This document shows positions 51,399 to 61,597 of a DNA stretch of 64,000 bases, piece after piece; position 1 is the first letter of the stretch; each line of letters starts with the position of its first letter. The stretch is from NCBI GenBank assembly GCA_963719315.1, contig CAVRBU010000002.1, positions 640,001 through 704,000 of the forward strand. The letters run 5' to 3'. The notes beneath the pieces were generated by a model, which was not told where the DNA came from, did no database searches, and saw only the letters and a list, made by a program, of their open reading frames with translations. This DNA is from an uncultured Planctomycetota bacterium (GTDB lineage: Bacteria > Planctomycetota > Planctomycetia > Pirellulales > Lacipirellulaceae). Position numbers and translations under genes: made by a program.

Positions 51399-53703
51399 AT
51401 GCTCGCTCGTCGACAATTCATTCATTTCTTCGCCGTTGTTACGGTTTCAGGCTGGCTCGCGCTCCTGTCCTGCGCAGCCGATGCTGATCAACCCCTCGCT
51501 TACTGGCAGCCCAGTTGAACCGGGTACGCCTCCGCCGCCATCGGTGGCCGACAAGCGAAGCGAAAATGCCGAGCAATTACGCGTAGCCATGCGTAAGCTC
51601 GAAGCGAATGGCGCATCGGATACAGCCACTGCTCAAGAGGTCGCCTTTTACCAATCTCGAGAAGCCCTGTTGACGCAGCAGGACACAGTTGAGCAGCAGA
51701 TCAAGGACTTGGAGTCGCGGAAGGCCTTCCTGGAGGAATTGAAACAATCGCCTCGCCCAGATAGCAAGCAGTACAAATTCGCCGACTTGGACCAGATGAA
51801 AGACGATTTAGCGGCCGAGCAAGCGCGGGCCGGATTCGCAAGTGACAGACTGGCCACGGCGAAGGCGAATCTGCAAATGGCACAGAACGCAGTTGACGAT
51901 TCCGATGTCAAACTTCGCAAAGCGCAGAGGGCCTACGATAACGGCAAAGATGCGCCGAATGTCAGCGAGTTAGCCGCGGCCGCCGATAACGCACGCCAGG
52001 ATGCGACCCTCGCCAACGAGGCCTTTGCCTTGCGCAAAAGAGAGTTCGACCGAGAAACACTGTCGCAACAAGTCATCAATCTGGCGATCCGCCTGCGGCA
52101 GGAAAAGATTGCGCGGGTCAGCCCTCAAGTAAAGTTTACCGAAGCCGACTACAACGAGCAGATCGAAAACCTCAGGAAGAGCGAAGCGGCAAATACGGCT
52201 TCCTTGAATCAGGCCTTTACCGATTTGCATGGAGTCGAGCTTGATTTTCAAAACGCAAAGAAGCAATTGGAGTCCGCCACGGACGTCACGCGTACAGCAC
52301 TGATCGAGAGTTTCATCGCGCTGCGGCTTACTAAGGACAAATTATCGGAGGAAATCGAGTCGCGGGGGCAGCGGGCAACGAAATTCGCGCAACTCAAGAC
52401 GGCCTGGAAACTGCGCTATCAAATTGCAAACTCCGAACCTACAAACACCGACCACGACGCGTACGCGCAGCTAAAGGATGTCCAACATAAAACGACTAAG
52501 GTCATGGACGGCCTCGCGAGAGAATTGCGGATGCAGATTTCGAAAATGAGAGACGTTCGCAACTCTCTGACAAGCGCCGCAAAGAAAGCCGAGGCGGCCA
52601 CGAAAAGTTCGCCGGAAATTGCGTTCCAAATCAATTCTCAGCAAAGACAACTCGAAGAGACTCTGAAAATCCATGAAAAGAATTTGGTCGCGATCGAAAC
52701 GAGCCGTCGCGTTCACGAGAAACTGCTCGATGAAATCGGTCCGAAAGTCGAAGCGCTTACGCCAACGGCGATCGCGCTAGGAGCCTGGTACCAGGTCGAG
52801 GCGGCTTGGAATCATGTCCTGGTAGGAAGTGTAGGACAAAAGGAACCGCCGATCACCGTAGGGGATGCCGTTAAAGGCCTGACGATCTTGATCGTGGGCT
52901 GGATCCTCTCCCGCTCGACCGCGGGCATGTTCGCCAATCGCTTCTTGAGGCGATTTCGGCTCAGCAAAGATGCCACGTCGGTAATCCGCTCGCTAGTCTT
53001 TTACAGCTTGTTGATGTCCGTAGTGCTGACGGCCCTCAATACCGTCGGGGTGCCGCTTACCGCTTTTACGATCCTCGGCGGCGGCTTGGCGATCGGCGTT
53101 GGCTTCGGCAGTCAAACGCTCATCAATAACTTCATCGGCGGGCTGATCATGCTGGCTGAGCGGCCGGTGAGATTGGGCGAGCGAATCACCCTCAAAGATC
53201 TGGACGGCGTTGTCGAAGACGTCGGCTTCCGTTGCACGAAGCTCCGCACGCTGGCGGACCATCTCGTGACGATTCCGAACTCAACGCTGGTGAACGAGTC
53301 CATCGAAAACATCGACCGCCGGCGGACGATTCGCCGCTCGTTCACGCTCGCCGTGACGTACAACATTTCGCGCGATCAATTGGCCGAGGGCGTTCAGGCC
53401 ATTCGCGACATCTTGGAAGAGCGACAGATTCGTGAGCGCATCCATCCGATCGTGGGATTTGAAGAACTTTCGCCGCGGGTGCACTTTAGCGACTTCGCCG
53501 CCGAGAGTTTAAACATTAAAATCGATTACTGGTACGCGCCGGCCGATTCATCGGCATTTAACGAGCACAGCGAGCGAGTGAACTTCCGGATCATGGAAGA
53601 ATTCGACCGGCTGGGCATCGACTTCGCGTTCCCTTCAAAGACAAATTACGTCAAAAAGCCAAATCAAGGCCGATCGCGGGGCAGCGATTCGTACGCGGCT
53701 TAG
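51399..53703 (+). CDS. Large MscS-family mechanosensitive channel (MscK-like), apparent frameshift ~51500
   Basis: RBS plus signal peptide from 51399, long coiled coil, GGLAIGVGFGSQTLINNFIGG, VTIPNS, GIDFAFP. Confidence 0.88.
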
Positions 53704-53725
53704 CTTTTGTCGCGCTCCGCTCCTG

Positions 53726-55093
53726 CTACTTTACAAGCCACGGCAATACCGCGCCCGCGATCGTAAGCACGAGAAGAAAACCTGTCATGTCGGTGACCGT
53801 CGTCAGGATGGGGCCCGACGCCAGTGCGGGATCCTGACCGAAACCTCGCAGCAAGAGTGGTATCAGTCCGCCGAAACAGACCGCGATGAGTGTGTTCGCG
53901 GCGAGCGCGACCGCTACGACGGCTCCCAGCATGAGATTACCCTGCCAGACCCAGCCGACGGCTCCTAGCAACACGCCCAAGACCACGCCATTGATCACGC
54001 CTACCGCCGCTTCCTTGCGGAACACCCGCCATAGCTCGGAAGGCCGAATCACGCCGAGCGTTAACTCGCGCATGCTCACCGCGACCGCCTGATTGCCGGA
54101 GCAACCGCTCATATCGGAGATGATCGGCAGGAACACTGCCAGAGCTATCACGGCCGACAGCGTGTCCTGATGAAACGCAATAACGCTCGCGGCGATGATG
54201 TTGAGTAATATATTGACGGTCAGCCAACTCAGTCGGCGCAGACTGCGATACCGCAGCGGCATGGTGCGCAATTCCTCACCGCCGACGATGCCCATGAATT
54301 TCAAAAAGCTGCGGTTTGACCGCTCTTCCGCCGCCTGCTCCACGTCCACACTCCGAACTACGCCCACCAATACGCCGCGCGCGTCAACGGCCGGTATACC
54401 CAACAACGGGTGGCGATCGAAGAACCGCTCCAATGTTTCGAGGCGGGCGTTATCGCGGACCTTCAACGGATCGCGGATCATCACGGCCGATATCGGTTGC
54501 CCCGGCAACGACAACAACAGATCGCGCAACTGCAACACACCCACCAGTTGCCCGCCATTCGCGACCACGTAGGCGTACTGCACGTCGAACGACCGATAAC
54601 GATCGGCGTTTGACCGCAGATCGTCCAGCACATCGCCAACCGTCAGATTGTCTCGATACGACAACATTTCCGTGATCATTAGCCCGCCAGCCGTGTCGCC
54701 CGGGTAGGCCAACAGTCGGCGGGCGTCCCGCGCATCGGCGGCCGGCATTGCATCCAGAATCGCGGAGGCCTCGATTTCAGACATCCGCGAGATGACATCG
54801 GCTTGCTCATCGCTCGGCAATTCGCCCACGATCGCGGCCGCCTGCTCGACCGATAGCCGCTCAATGATCTGAGCCGCCTGCGCTTCGGGCAGGTCTTCGA
54901 CCAGTTCGGCCGCGTCCTCGAACGACAGTGACTCGAGCAACTTCGACTGGTCGGAATCGCTCAACTGCGAGATCGAGTGCCTGGCGTCAGCCGGTTCGGC
55001 AAGCGACAAGAAATCCAAAATGGCCTGCTGGTCTCTGGCATCGACCGCCGCCTGTAAGGGATCGAACGATTCGTGCGAAGGGTTGTCGGGCAT
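53726..55093 (-). CDS. mgtE: Magnesium transporter MgtE
   Basis: YPGDTAGGLM, CBS pair, RLSWL, DMSGCSGNQ, DPALASGPILTTVTDMTG. Confidence 0.96.
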   Translation of the reverse strand: MPDNPSHESFDPLQAAVDARDQQAILDFLSLAEPADARHSISQLSDSDQSKLLESLSFEDAAELVEDLPEAQAAQIIERLSVEQAAAIVGELPSDEQADVISRMSEIEASAILDAMPAADARDARRLLAYPGDTAGGLMITEMLSYRDNLTVGDVLDDLRSNADRYRSFDVQYAYVVANGGQLVGVLQLRDLLLSLPGQPISAVMIRDPLKVRDNARLETLERFFDRHPLLGIPAVDARGVLVGVVRSVDVEQAAEERSNRSFLKFMGIVGGEELRTMPLRYRSLRRLSWLTVNILLNIIAASVIAFHQDTLSAVIALAVFLPIISDMSGCSGNQAVAVSMRELTLGVIRPSELWRVFRKEAAVGVINGVVLGVLLGAVGWVWQGNLMLGAVVAVALAANTLIAVCFGGLIPLLLRGFGQDPALASGPILTTVTDMTGFLLVLTIAGAVLPWLVK

Positions 55094-55309
55094 CGGGCGT
55101 TATTCAAAATAAAGTGCTTGGAGACCGCAAAGCATGACAAATATGGCATCCGTTCGTCCACAGTGAACTTAGGTGGACCGGGCTGCAACCGACCTGAGAA
55201 CGAAGATTCAATCGGCGAACGCAGACCAAGTTGCTGTGACCTCTACCTCGCTAAGCAAAATGACCGCAAAACGGTTTGGCTGCCAATTTTGTATTTCCCC
55301 AAGGGTATT

Positions 55310-55325
55310 TGGCATACGGCTTGCA
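55310..55325 (+). promoter_or_regulatory. Sigma-54 (-24/-12) promoter
   Basis: TGGCATACGGCTTGCA matches TGGCAY-N5-TTGCW with exact spacing. Confidence 0.65.
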
Positions 55326-55469
55326 CAATTTGACAGATGGGGATGGGAGTTGCCGCCGGTTTTCGGGATGCCGTCCGCCGATTCGCCGAATTATCCGCCT
55401 CACTTTGAATTCCCAAATTATCAACGTTAAGAGATAGTGTTCGTGCATCCTGTTTTCGGGAGAATTTCG

Positions 55470-55753
55470 ATGGAAGCAGCTTTAATTGAACGAGCCCTCA
55501 CCCCCACCTGTGAACGATCGACTTTGAGTACTCTTGTACGGGATTATTTAGAAAATCATCCCCATTTTCGGGGTCGAATCAATGACGTTTCAATCAACCA
55601 CGACGGTCGGACTCTGTTTCTCGCCGGCCACCTGCCCAGTTTTACCTCAAGCAACTCGTTCAAGAAGCCGTTCGCCATGTGCCCGGCGTGCATCAAGTTC
55701 GTAACCAAATCGAAGTTGTGAGCGCGGACGGCGTGAGCAGCGTGCGCAGCTAA
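55470..55753 (+). CDS. Small BON-domain protein, apparent frameshift ~55640
   Basis: HPHFRGR...LFLAGHLPSF / YLKQLVQEAVRHVPGVHQVRNQIEVV; one T missing in a T-run. Confidence 0.8.
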
Positions 55754-56016
55754 CGGGGGGATAACCCATCAGCGCAAGGCGTTCTATCGGCTGCCCCCGA
55801 GCTTCGGCACCACGCGATCGCTAGAGCGCCGCATCTGACATCGCCGCTCGGTGAGCTTAAATTGCCTCGCTCTCCTACCCAGATTAATATCGACTTGGTC
55901 GTAGACGGCGCGCTCTTTGCCATTAGGTGTGTCGTGGAATTCACGGCGATTGCTCTCGAACGTCGGCTACCAATCGTTCCGCGTCGACGTGATGCAACCA
56001 ACGGAGGAGGCGCACG

Positions 56017-56823
56017 ATGCAATACACACCGCTCTGGCAGACTGAATTCGGTGAAGGCCCGCTCGTGGCGTGCGCGATTCACGATGGTCACGACGTGCGG
56101 CCGGACATTGGGGAATGTCTGCAACTCGACGAAGGCGCGCGGCGTTACGAAGAGGATCCGTATACCGGCGCGTGGACGACTATCGCCCCGACTCGGATCG
56201 TTGCACGGCGGTCGCGGTTCGAGTTCGATCTCAACCGGCCGCGCGACAAAGCCATTTACGTCACGCCGGACGATGCCTGGGGCTTGGACGTTTGGAAATG
56301 CACGCCAGCCGCCGAAATGATGAATCGCTGGCTGCAGGCCTATGACGATTTTTACGCTCATTTGAGGCATTTGCTGGACCGTCTGGTGGCCGACCACGGG
56401 CAGGTCGTCGTCTTCGATCTGCACAGTTACAATCATATTCGAGAGGGCGCGGACGGCGGCGTCGCCGACGCTACTGGCAATCCCGAGGTAAACTTGGGTA
56501 CGGGAACGATGGCCCGCGCGCTGTGGGCCCCTGTAGTCGAGTGTTGGCTCGCGGCGATGCGCGAGTACGATTTCCTCGGGCGTCGCCTGGATGTACGCGA
56601 GAACGTGAAGTTTGTCGGTGGCCAGCTTCCCAAGTGGATCCACGAGAATTTTCCGAACTCAGTGTGCGCGCTGGCGATCGAAGTCAAAAAGTTTTTCATG
56701 AACGAGTGGACGGCCGAACTCGATTCCCGCCAACACCAGGCAATCGGCAACGCGCTGGCACACGCCGCCGAAGCTGTGAACGACGAATTGGAGAAAATCA
56801 AGCGTGGGCCATTCGTCGCCTAA
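56017..56823 (+). CDS. N-formylglutamate amidohydrolase family protein
   Basis: AIHDGH, EEDP, SRFEFDLNR, DLHSYN, ENVKFVGG, AIEVKK; GGAGG RBS. Confidence 0.92.
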   Translation: MQYTPLWQTEFGEGPLVACAIHDGHDVRPDIGECLQLDEGARRYEEDPYTGAWTTIAPTRIVARRSRFEFDLNRPRDKAIYVTPDDAWGLDVWKCTPAAEMMNRWLQAYDDFYAHLRHLLDRLVADHGQVVVFDLHSYNHIREGADGGVADATGNPEVNLGTGTMARALWAPVVECWLAAMREYDFLGRRLDVRENVKFVGGQLPKWIHENFPNSVCALAIEVKKFFMNEWTAELDSRQHQAIGNALAHAAEAVNDELEKIKRGPFVA

Positions 56824-58714
56824 ATCTGCACGCACCTCGCTTGCCGATTCGGTCCTGGCCGATTTGGCGGCGAACAAGTCGATCGACATCGAACTTCCGG
56901 GAGGCGGCCGACTGCGCGTCGAGCGCCGCGTGCCGCTGTTGTGTGTTTATCGAAGGACGGAGAATGGCGACTGCACGGAGCAACTCGTCGCGTCCGAACC
57001 AGCTTACCTCATTGTTCCTCATGCACCTCGGCCCGCGCTGCAAGCAATCAAATTGCTGCGTTCGGTCGTTGAGCACTTGGCCCAACATTTCGGCAATTGC
57101 TTAGTGGTTGAAATCTGGCCAAGTCCGCCGGCGGATACGAGCGTGCCGCCCAGTTTGTTTAATGGCGATGCGCAATCAGCCACTCCGCCATTCGAAGTGT
57201 TGGCGCCCGCCACACGCATCCCGCGGGCCACTGTTGAAGCTCTGTCGAAGTCGCTGGGACGCGACGTATTGCCCTACGGCGGAACGCGGATCGTACTGAT
57301 ACCCTTTGGAAAACTTTTGCCGCCGGGCGCGAAGCCACTTCTCCGCCTGCGCGACTGTCGGGATTGGAATTGCTTTGTACTCGGTATCGCCGTGCGGCCT
57401 GAATATCGTGGGGCAGACAGCGCCCCGCTGCCCGATGTGATGCGTCTAACGTGCCGCACGTTGCATAACGCGCTGGAGCAAGCATCGTTTGCATTCGTTC
57501 GTGCCCGAAAAACACTGCGGCCAGCCCATTTACATGCCCCAGGCCGACGGTCGGTCCTCAAATCCGTGCTTGACATCGACCGCCAACTGGCCGAGATCGA
57601 CGGCTCGTTCGATTTGCTGCTGCAAGCCACGCCGGTGAATGCGGAGAGCGCGTGGCGCGAGTTTCGCCGCTCGCGCTTCGAAAGGCCGCCCGTATTCTAC
57701 TACCGGCCGTTGTCGATCGATCCGACGCTGCTTAAGCGGCAGCTCTATTTGATTCCCGTCGAACGAATCGAAGACCCCACGCTCTCCTATCTGTTCCGTC
57801 AGAAGCAGGATGAGCTCGACCGCCAGATCACTCTGCTCTTGGATGTCGATACGCCGCGGTTTCTCCAGGAGAGCTTGCAAGTCTACGGCGGCGTTTCTGA
57901 TTGGCTGTTGCAGCATGCTCAGGAACTGCTCGACCGTGTGCCGACCCGAAGCGGCGAAGAGTCGAAAGGGGACCAACTTACGGCCACTGAGTTTGCCAAG
58001 CGCGCCCAAAAGGAACTCGGTTACTACCAAAAACGTTGTAGCGACTTCGCAGCCAAGGTCTCGGTGCGCGACGACATGTACGCCGGACTGATGGTCTCCG
58101 GCGACCAGCTCCTCATCGGCGGCCGCACGCGTGTGCCGCGCTGCCGCGTGGAAGCGCTGCTGCAACATGAAATCGGCACGCACCTGGTCACGCGCTACAA
58201 CGGCCATCATCAGCCCTTTCGCCAACTTGAAATCGGCCTTGCCGGATACGATGGCTTGCAGGAAGGCCTGGCGGTGCTGGCCGAGTACCTGGTGGGCGGC
58301 CTCAGCCGGTTTCGTATGCGGGTGCTCGCAGCCCGCGTGGTCGGCGCCCATCTCATGCTGGACGGCGCATCTTTCATCGATACATTCCGCACTCTGAATC
58401 GCAGCTACGAGTTCTCACAGCGAACGGCTTATACCGTCGCCATGCGGCTATACCGCGGCGGCGGGCTGACGAAAGATGCCGTTTACCTTCGCGGGCTGCT
58501 GCAAATCCTCCGCCACTTACGCGAAGGAGGCGAGCTGGAGCCACTTTTCGTCGGTAAAGTCGCCTCGGCCCATTTGCCCCTTATCTTTGAACTCAGGATG
58601 CGGGAGATTATCAAACCCCCCGCGTTGCGACCCCGCTACTTGGATTCTGCCAGTGCTCAGAAGAAAATCGAACGATTGCGCGGCGGAATGAAGGTGTTGG
58701 AATTGGTGCAGTAA
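56804..58714 (+). CDS. DUF1704 / QEGLA-motif metallopeptidase (MATCAP-like)
   Basis: HEIGTH...N, QEGLA, TKDAVYLRG; overlaps the upstream gene. Confidence 0.92.
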   Translation: MGHSSPKSARTSLADSVLADLAANKSIDIELPGGGRLRVERRVPLLCVYRRTENGDCTEQLVASEPAYLIVPHAPRPALQAIKLLRSVVEHLAQHFGNCLVVEIWPSPPADTSVPPSLFNGDAQSATPPFEVLAPATRIPRATVEALSKSLGRDVLPYGGTRIVLIPFGKLLPPGAKPLLRLRDCRDWNCFVLGIAVRPEYRGADSAPLPDVMRLTCRTLHNALEQASFAFVRARKTLRPAHLHAPGRRSVLKSVLDIDRQLAEIDGSFDLLLQATPVNAESAWREFRRSRFERPPVFYYRPLSIDPTLLKRQLYLIPVERIEDPTLSYLFRQKQDELDRQITLLLDVDTPRFLQESLQVYGGVSDWLLQHAQELLDRVPTRSGEESKGDQLTATEFAKRAQKELGYYQKRCSDFAAKVSVRDDMYAGLMVSGDQLLIGGRTRVPRCRVEALLQHEIGTHLVTRYNGHHQPFRQLEIGLAGYDGLQEGLAVLAEYLVGGLSRFRMRVLAARVVGAHLMLDGASFIDTFRTLNRSYEFSQRTAYTVAMRLYRGGGLTKDAVYLRGLLQILRHLREGGELEPLFVGKVASAHLPLIFELRMREIIKPPALRPRYLDSASAQKKIERLRGGMKVLELVQ

Positions 58715-58778
58715 GGGGCTCAGGGTTCAGTTTTCGGGACTGAACTCAAATCGTCCCTGAACCTGAACCTCGAACCCT
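58715..58778. repeat. Inverted heptamer-like repeats (GGGTTCA / CTGAACC)
   Basis: GGGCTCAGGGTTCAG ... CCCTGAACCTGAACCTCGAACCC. Confidence 0.55.
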
Positions 58779-58797
58779 AATCTCTCGAACGGCAAGC

Positions 58798-59844
58798 ATG
58801 AAAGTCGGATTTGTCGTCAACCAAATTGAAACCGAGCAGCCGTCGTACACCACGACGCGGCTGGCGATGGCGGCCGTGAATCGCGGCCACGAATCGTGGC
58901 TGATTGGCACCGGCGACCTCGCGCTCGACCCCGACGACTATGTGCGGGCCCGCGCCCGCTCGGCCCCGAAGTCCAAATACAAGTCGCTGGACAACTATCT
59001 GGATGAAGTCCGCGGCACGCACGGTCGAAGCGAGCGGATCACGGTCGACGACCTGGACGTGCTCATGCTCCGCAACGACCCAGCCGAGGACATCGGCCGG
59101 CGGACGTGGGCCCAAATGGCAGGCATTCTGTTTGGCCGGGCAGCTCTGCGACGGGGCGTTATTGTGCTGAACGATCCGTCATCGCTCGCCCTAGCGGCCA
59201 ACAAGATGTACTTCCAGCTCTTTCCCGAGGAGGTCCGGCCGGCCACGCTCATCACCCGCGATCGCAATGAAATCCGGCACTTCGCCAAGGAGCACGGCGG
59301 CGATATCGTGATCAAGCCGCTGCAAGGCTCGGGCGGCCAGGGCGTGTTCCTGGTGCGCCAGAATGATCTCGGCAATCTCAACCAAATGATCGAGGCCGTC
59401 AGCCGAGACGGCTACGTCATCGCCCAGGAATACCTGGCTGGCGCCGCGGAGGGCGACTTGCGGCTGTTCGTGATGAACGGCAATCCGCTGAAATATAAAG
59501 GCAAAACGGCTGCTTTCCGCCGGCTCCGTTCCGGCGACGATATCCGCAGCAATATCCACGCCGGCGGCCGCAAGGCCCAGGCGGCCGTCGATGAGAGGGC
59601 TTTGCGGATTGTCGAGATCGTAAGGCCAAAACTCGTCGCTGACGGAATGTTCCTGGTCGGCTTGGATATCGTCGGTGACAAACTTATGGAGATTAACGTC
59701 TTCAGTCCCGGCGGCCTGGGCAGCGCCCAGACTTTTGAAGGTGTCAATTTTGCCTCGGCAGTTATCTTGGCTTTAGAGCGCAAGGTACAGTACATGGGAT
59801 ATTATCAGCGGAATTTCAATAACACGGATATGGCGACGTTGTAG
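58798..59844 (+). CDS. Glutathione-synthetase-like (GshB-fold) ATP-grasp ligase
   Basis: MLRNDP, NDP, IKPLQGSGGQGVF, AQEYL, GDLR, RSNIHAGG, GLDIVG, EINVFSP. Confidence 0.92.
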   Translation: MKVGFVVNQIETEQPSYTTTRLAMAAVNRGHESWLIGTGDLALDPDDYVRARARSAPKSKYKSLDNYLDEVRGTHGRSERITVDDLDVLMLRNDPAEDIGRRTWAQMAGILFGRAALRRGVIVLNDPSSLALAANKMYFQLFPEEVRPATLITRDRNEIRHFAKEHGGDIVIKPLQGSGGQGVFLVRQNDLGNLNQMIEAVSRDGYVIAQEYLAGAAEGDLRLFVMNGNPLKYKGKTAAFRRLRSGDDIRSNIHAGGRKAQAAVDERALRIVEIVRPKLVADGMFLVGLDIVGDKLMEINVFSPGGLGSAQTFEGVNFASAVILALERKVQYMGYYQRNFNNTDMATL

Positions 59845-61142
59845 TGCTCAAGCCCGGCCAAAAAATTGGCAAATACAAACTCAAATCGAGGCTGGCCAAT
59901 GGGCCGTATGCCACGGTGTTCCGGGCACTCGATACGCTCGAAGGCGTGCACGTCGCGCTCAAGATTCCGCACAAGGGATTGGTTACGAAAGAATCGCTCG
60001 ACGACTTTTCGCGCGAAGTGCGGCTGTGCGCCAAACTCGATCATCCGAATATCCTGCGGCTCAAAAGCGCCGACTTCATCGACGGCCACCTGGTGATTGC
60101 CTTGCCGCTCGGCGAGGAATCGCTTGAGGAACGACTGGCCCGGCGGTTGTCATTGCGCAGCGCTCTCGAATTGGGCGAGCAGCTTTTGCAGGCCGTGGCG
60201 TTCGCCCATCAGCAGCACGTGATTCATTGCGACGTGAAGCCGGACAATTTGCTATTGTTTCCCGATGGCCAATTGCGGCTAACCGATTTCGGCATTTCGA
60301 AAATCGCGCACCGTACGATTTCGGCCTCCGGTGCCGGCACCGTCGGCTACATGGCGCCCGAGCAAGCGATGGGAAGGCCATCGCGGCGTTCGGACGTGTT
60401 TGCCACCGGCCTAGTGTTGTGGCAGATGTTTTCCGGCAAGCTGCCCGAATGGCCGTTCGAGTGGCCCCTCGCCGGCTCCGAGCGACTGCGATTGGTATTG
60501 CACGCAGACATGATCGCACTGCTCAAGCGATCGCTCGAAATGAAACCTAGCCGGCGTTTCGAAGATTGCGGACAGATGCTCGCCGCCTACTTGCGGGCCA
60601 AACCGAAAGTGCTGCGGCACTACACGCGTTCTCGCCCCCCAAAGAAGTCCAAACGCACGACCAAGCGCGATTGGAAAGCCATCCGCCTACAACAATTCGA
60701 ACGACAATTCGGCCGGCAATTGGCTACGCATTTTAAGTGTCGCGCGTGCGAAGGCCCCGTTTCCGAATTCATGCTCGCCTGCCCCTGGTGCGGCGACGAC
60801 CGTCGCATCCTGCGCGATGAAACTACATTTCCGGCCCGCTGCCCGCGCTGCAACCGCGGCACGAAGCTCGACTGGGCTTATTGTCCCTGGTGCTATGGCC
60901 CAGGATTTGACGACACTTCGGAACGCGAGTACACCGATCGACGTTACGAAGCCCGTTGCCGCAACGCCAAATGCGAACGCAAGGATCTAATGCCCTTCAT
61001 GCGTTACTGCCCGTGGTGCCACACAAAAGTCCGCCAGGCCTGGAAAATAGCCGGCAGCAAAGATACCTGCTCCAAATGCGGCTGGGGCGTCACCCGCGAG
61101 TTCTGGACACATTGCCCTTGGTGCGCTGCCAGCCTTGCTTAG
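59844..61142 (+). CDS. Ser/Thr protein kinase with four C-terminal Cys4 zinc ribbons
   Basis: VALK, HCDVKPDN, DFG, GTVGYMAPE; four CxxC...CPWC units; TAG/GTG overlap with the ligase gene. Confidence 0.92.
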   Translation: MLKPGQKIGKYKLKSRLANGPYATVFRALDTLEGVHVALKIPHKGLVTKESLDDFSREVRLCAKLDHPNILRLKSADFIDGHLVIALPLGEESLEERLARRLSLRSALELGEQLLQAVAFAHQQHVIHCDVKPDNLLLFPDGQLRLTDFGISKIAHRTISASGAGTVGYMAPEQAMGRPSRRSDVFATGLVLWQMFSGKLPEWPFEWPLAGSERLRLVLHADMIALLKRSLEMKPSRRFEDCGQMLAAYLRAKPKVLRHYTRSRPPKKSKRTTKRDWKAIRLQQFERQFGRQLATHFKCRACEGPVSEFMLACPWCGDDRRILRDETTFPARCPRCNRGTKLDWAYCPWCYGPGFDDTSEREYTDRRYEARCRNAKCERKDLMPFMRYCPWCHTKVRQAWKIAGSKDTCSKCGWGVTREFWTHCPWCAASLA

Positions 61143-61252
61143 CCGAGCCATCTTGGGTCAAAAGGATTTGCGTTTCCCGCGTCTACGAGTTGGATAATAC
61201 CGGTCAAAAAGCCGAACTATTTGCGTGCTAGACTTGTGCAGGAGACCGCAAA

Positions 61253-61594
61253 ATGCCCGCACCAAAATTCATCGACGACCCGGCCTACCGCGATTTGCGC
61301 GAATTCGATTTCGAGCGTTTTGAACAGCACATCGCTGGCCGCAAGAAGATCGATTTTTCGAGCGCTGATTTGCGCGGCGTCGATCTTAGCCGCGTAGACG
61401 CAACCAATCTCGTGCTTCGCGACGCCTACTTGCGCGATTCCGACCTTCGCGGCCTCGACCTGCGGCACGTCGACCTAGAAGGCTGCTCGTTGCACAATGC
61501 AAAGATCAGCGGTACTTACTTCCCGGAGAATCTTTCGCCGCAGGAAATCGCCAACAGCGTGCAGTACGGGACGCGGATACGGACTGGCGTTTGA
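61253..61594 (+). CDS. Pentapeptide repeat protein
   Basis: ADLRG, AYLRD, SDLRG, LDLRH repeats; AGGAG RBS. Confidence 0.92.
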   Translation: MPAPKFIDDPAYRDLREFDFERFEQHIAGRKKIDFSSADLRGVDLSRVDATNLVLRDAYLRDSDLRGLDLRHVDLEGCSLHNAKISGTYFPENLSPQEIANSVQYGTRIRTGV

Positions 61595-61597
61595 CGA

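Noticed and set aside
55095..55300. M-box (ykoK) riboswitch upstream of mgtE
   Set aside because: No recognisable M-box consensus on the minus strand.
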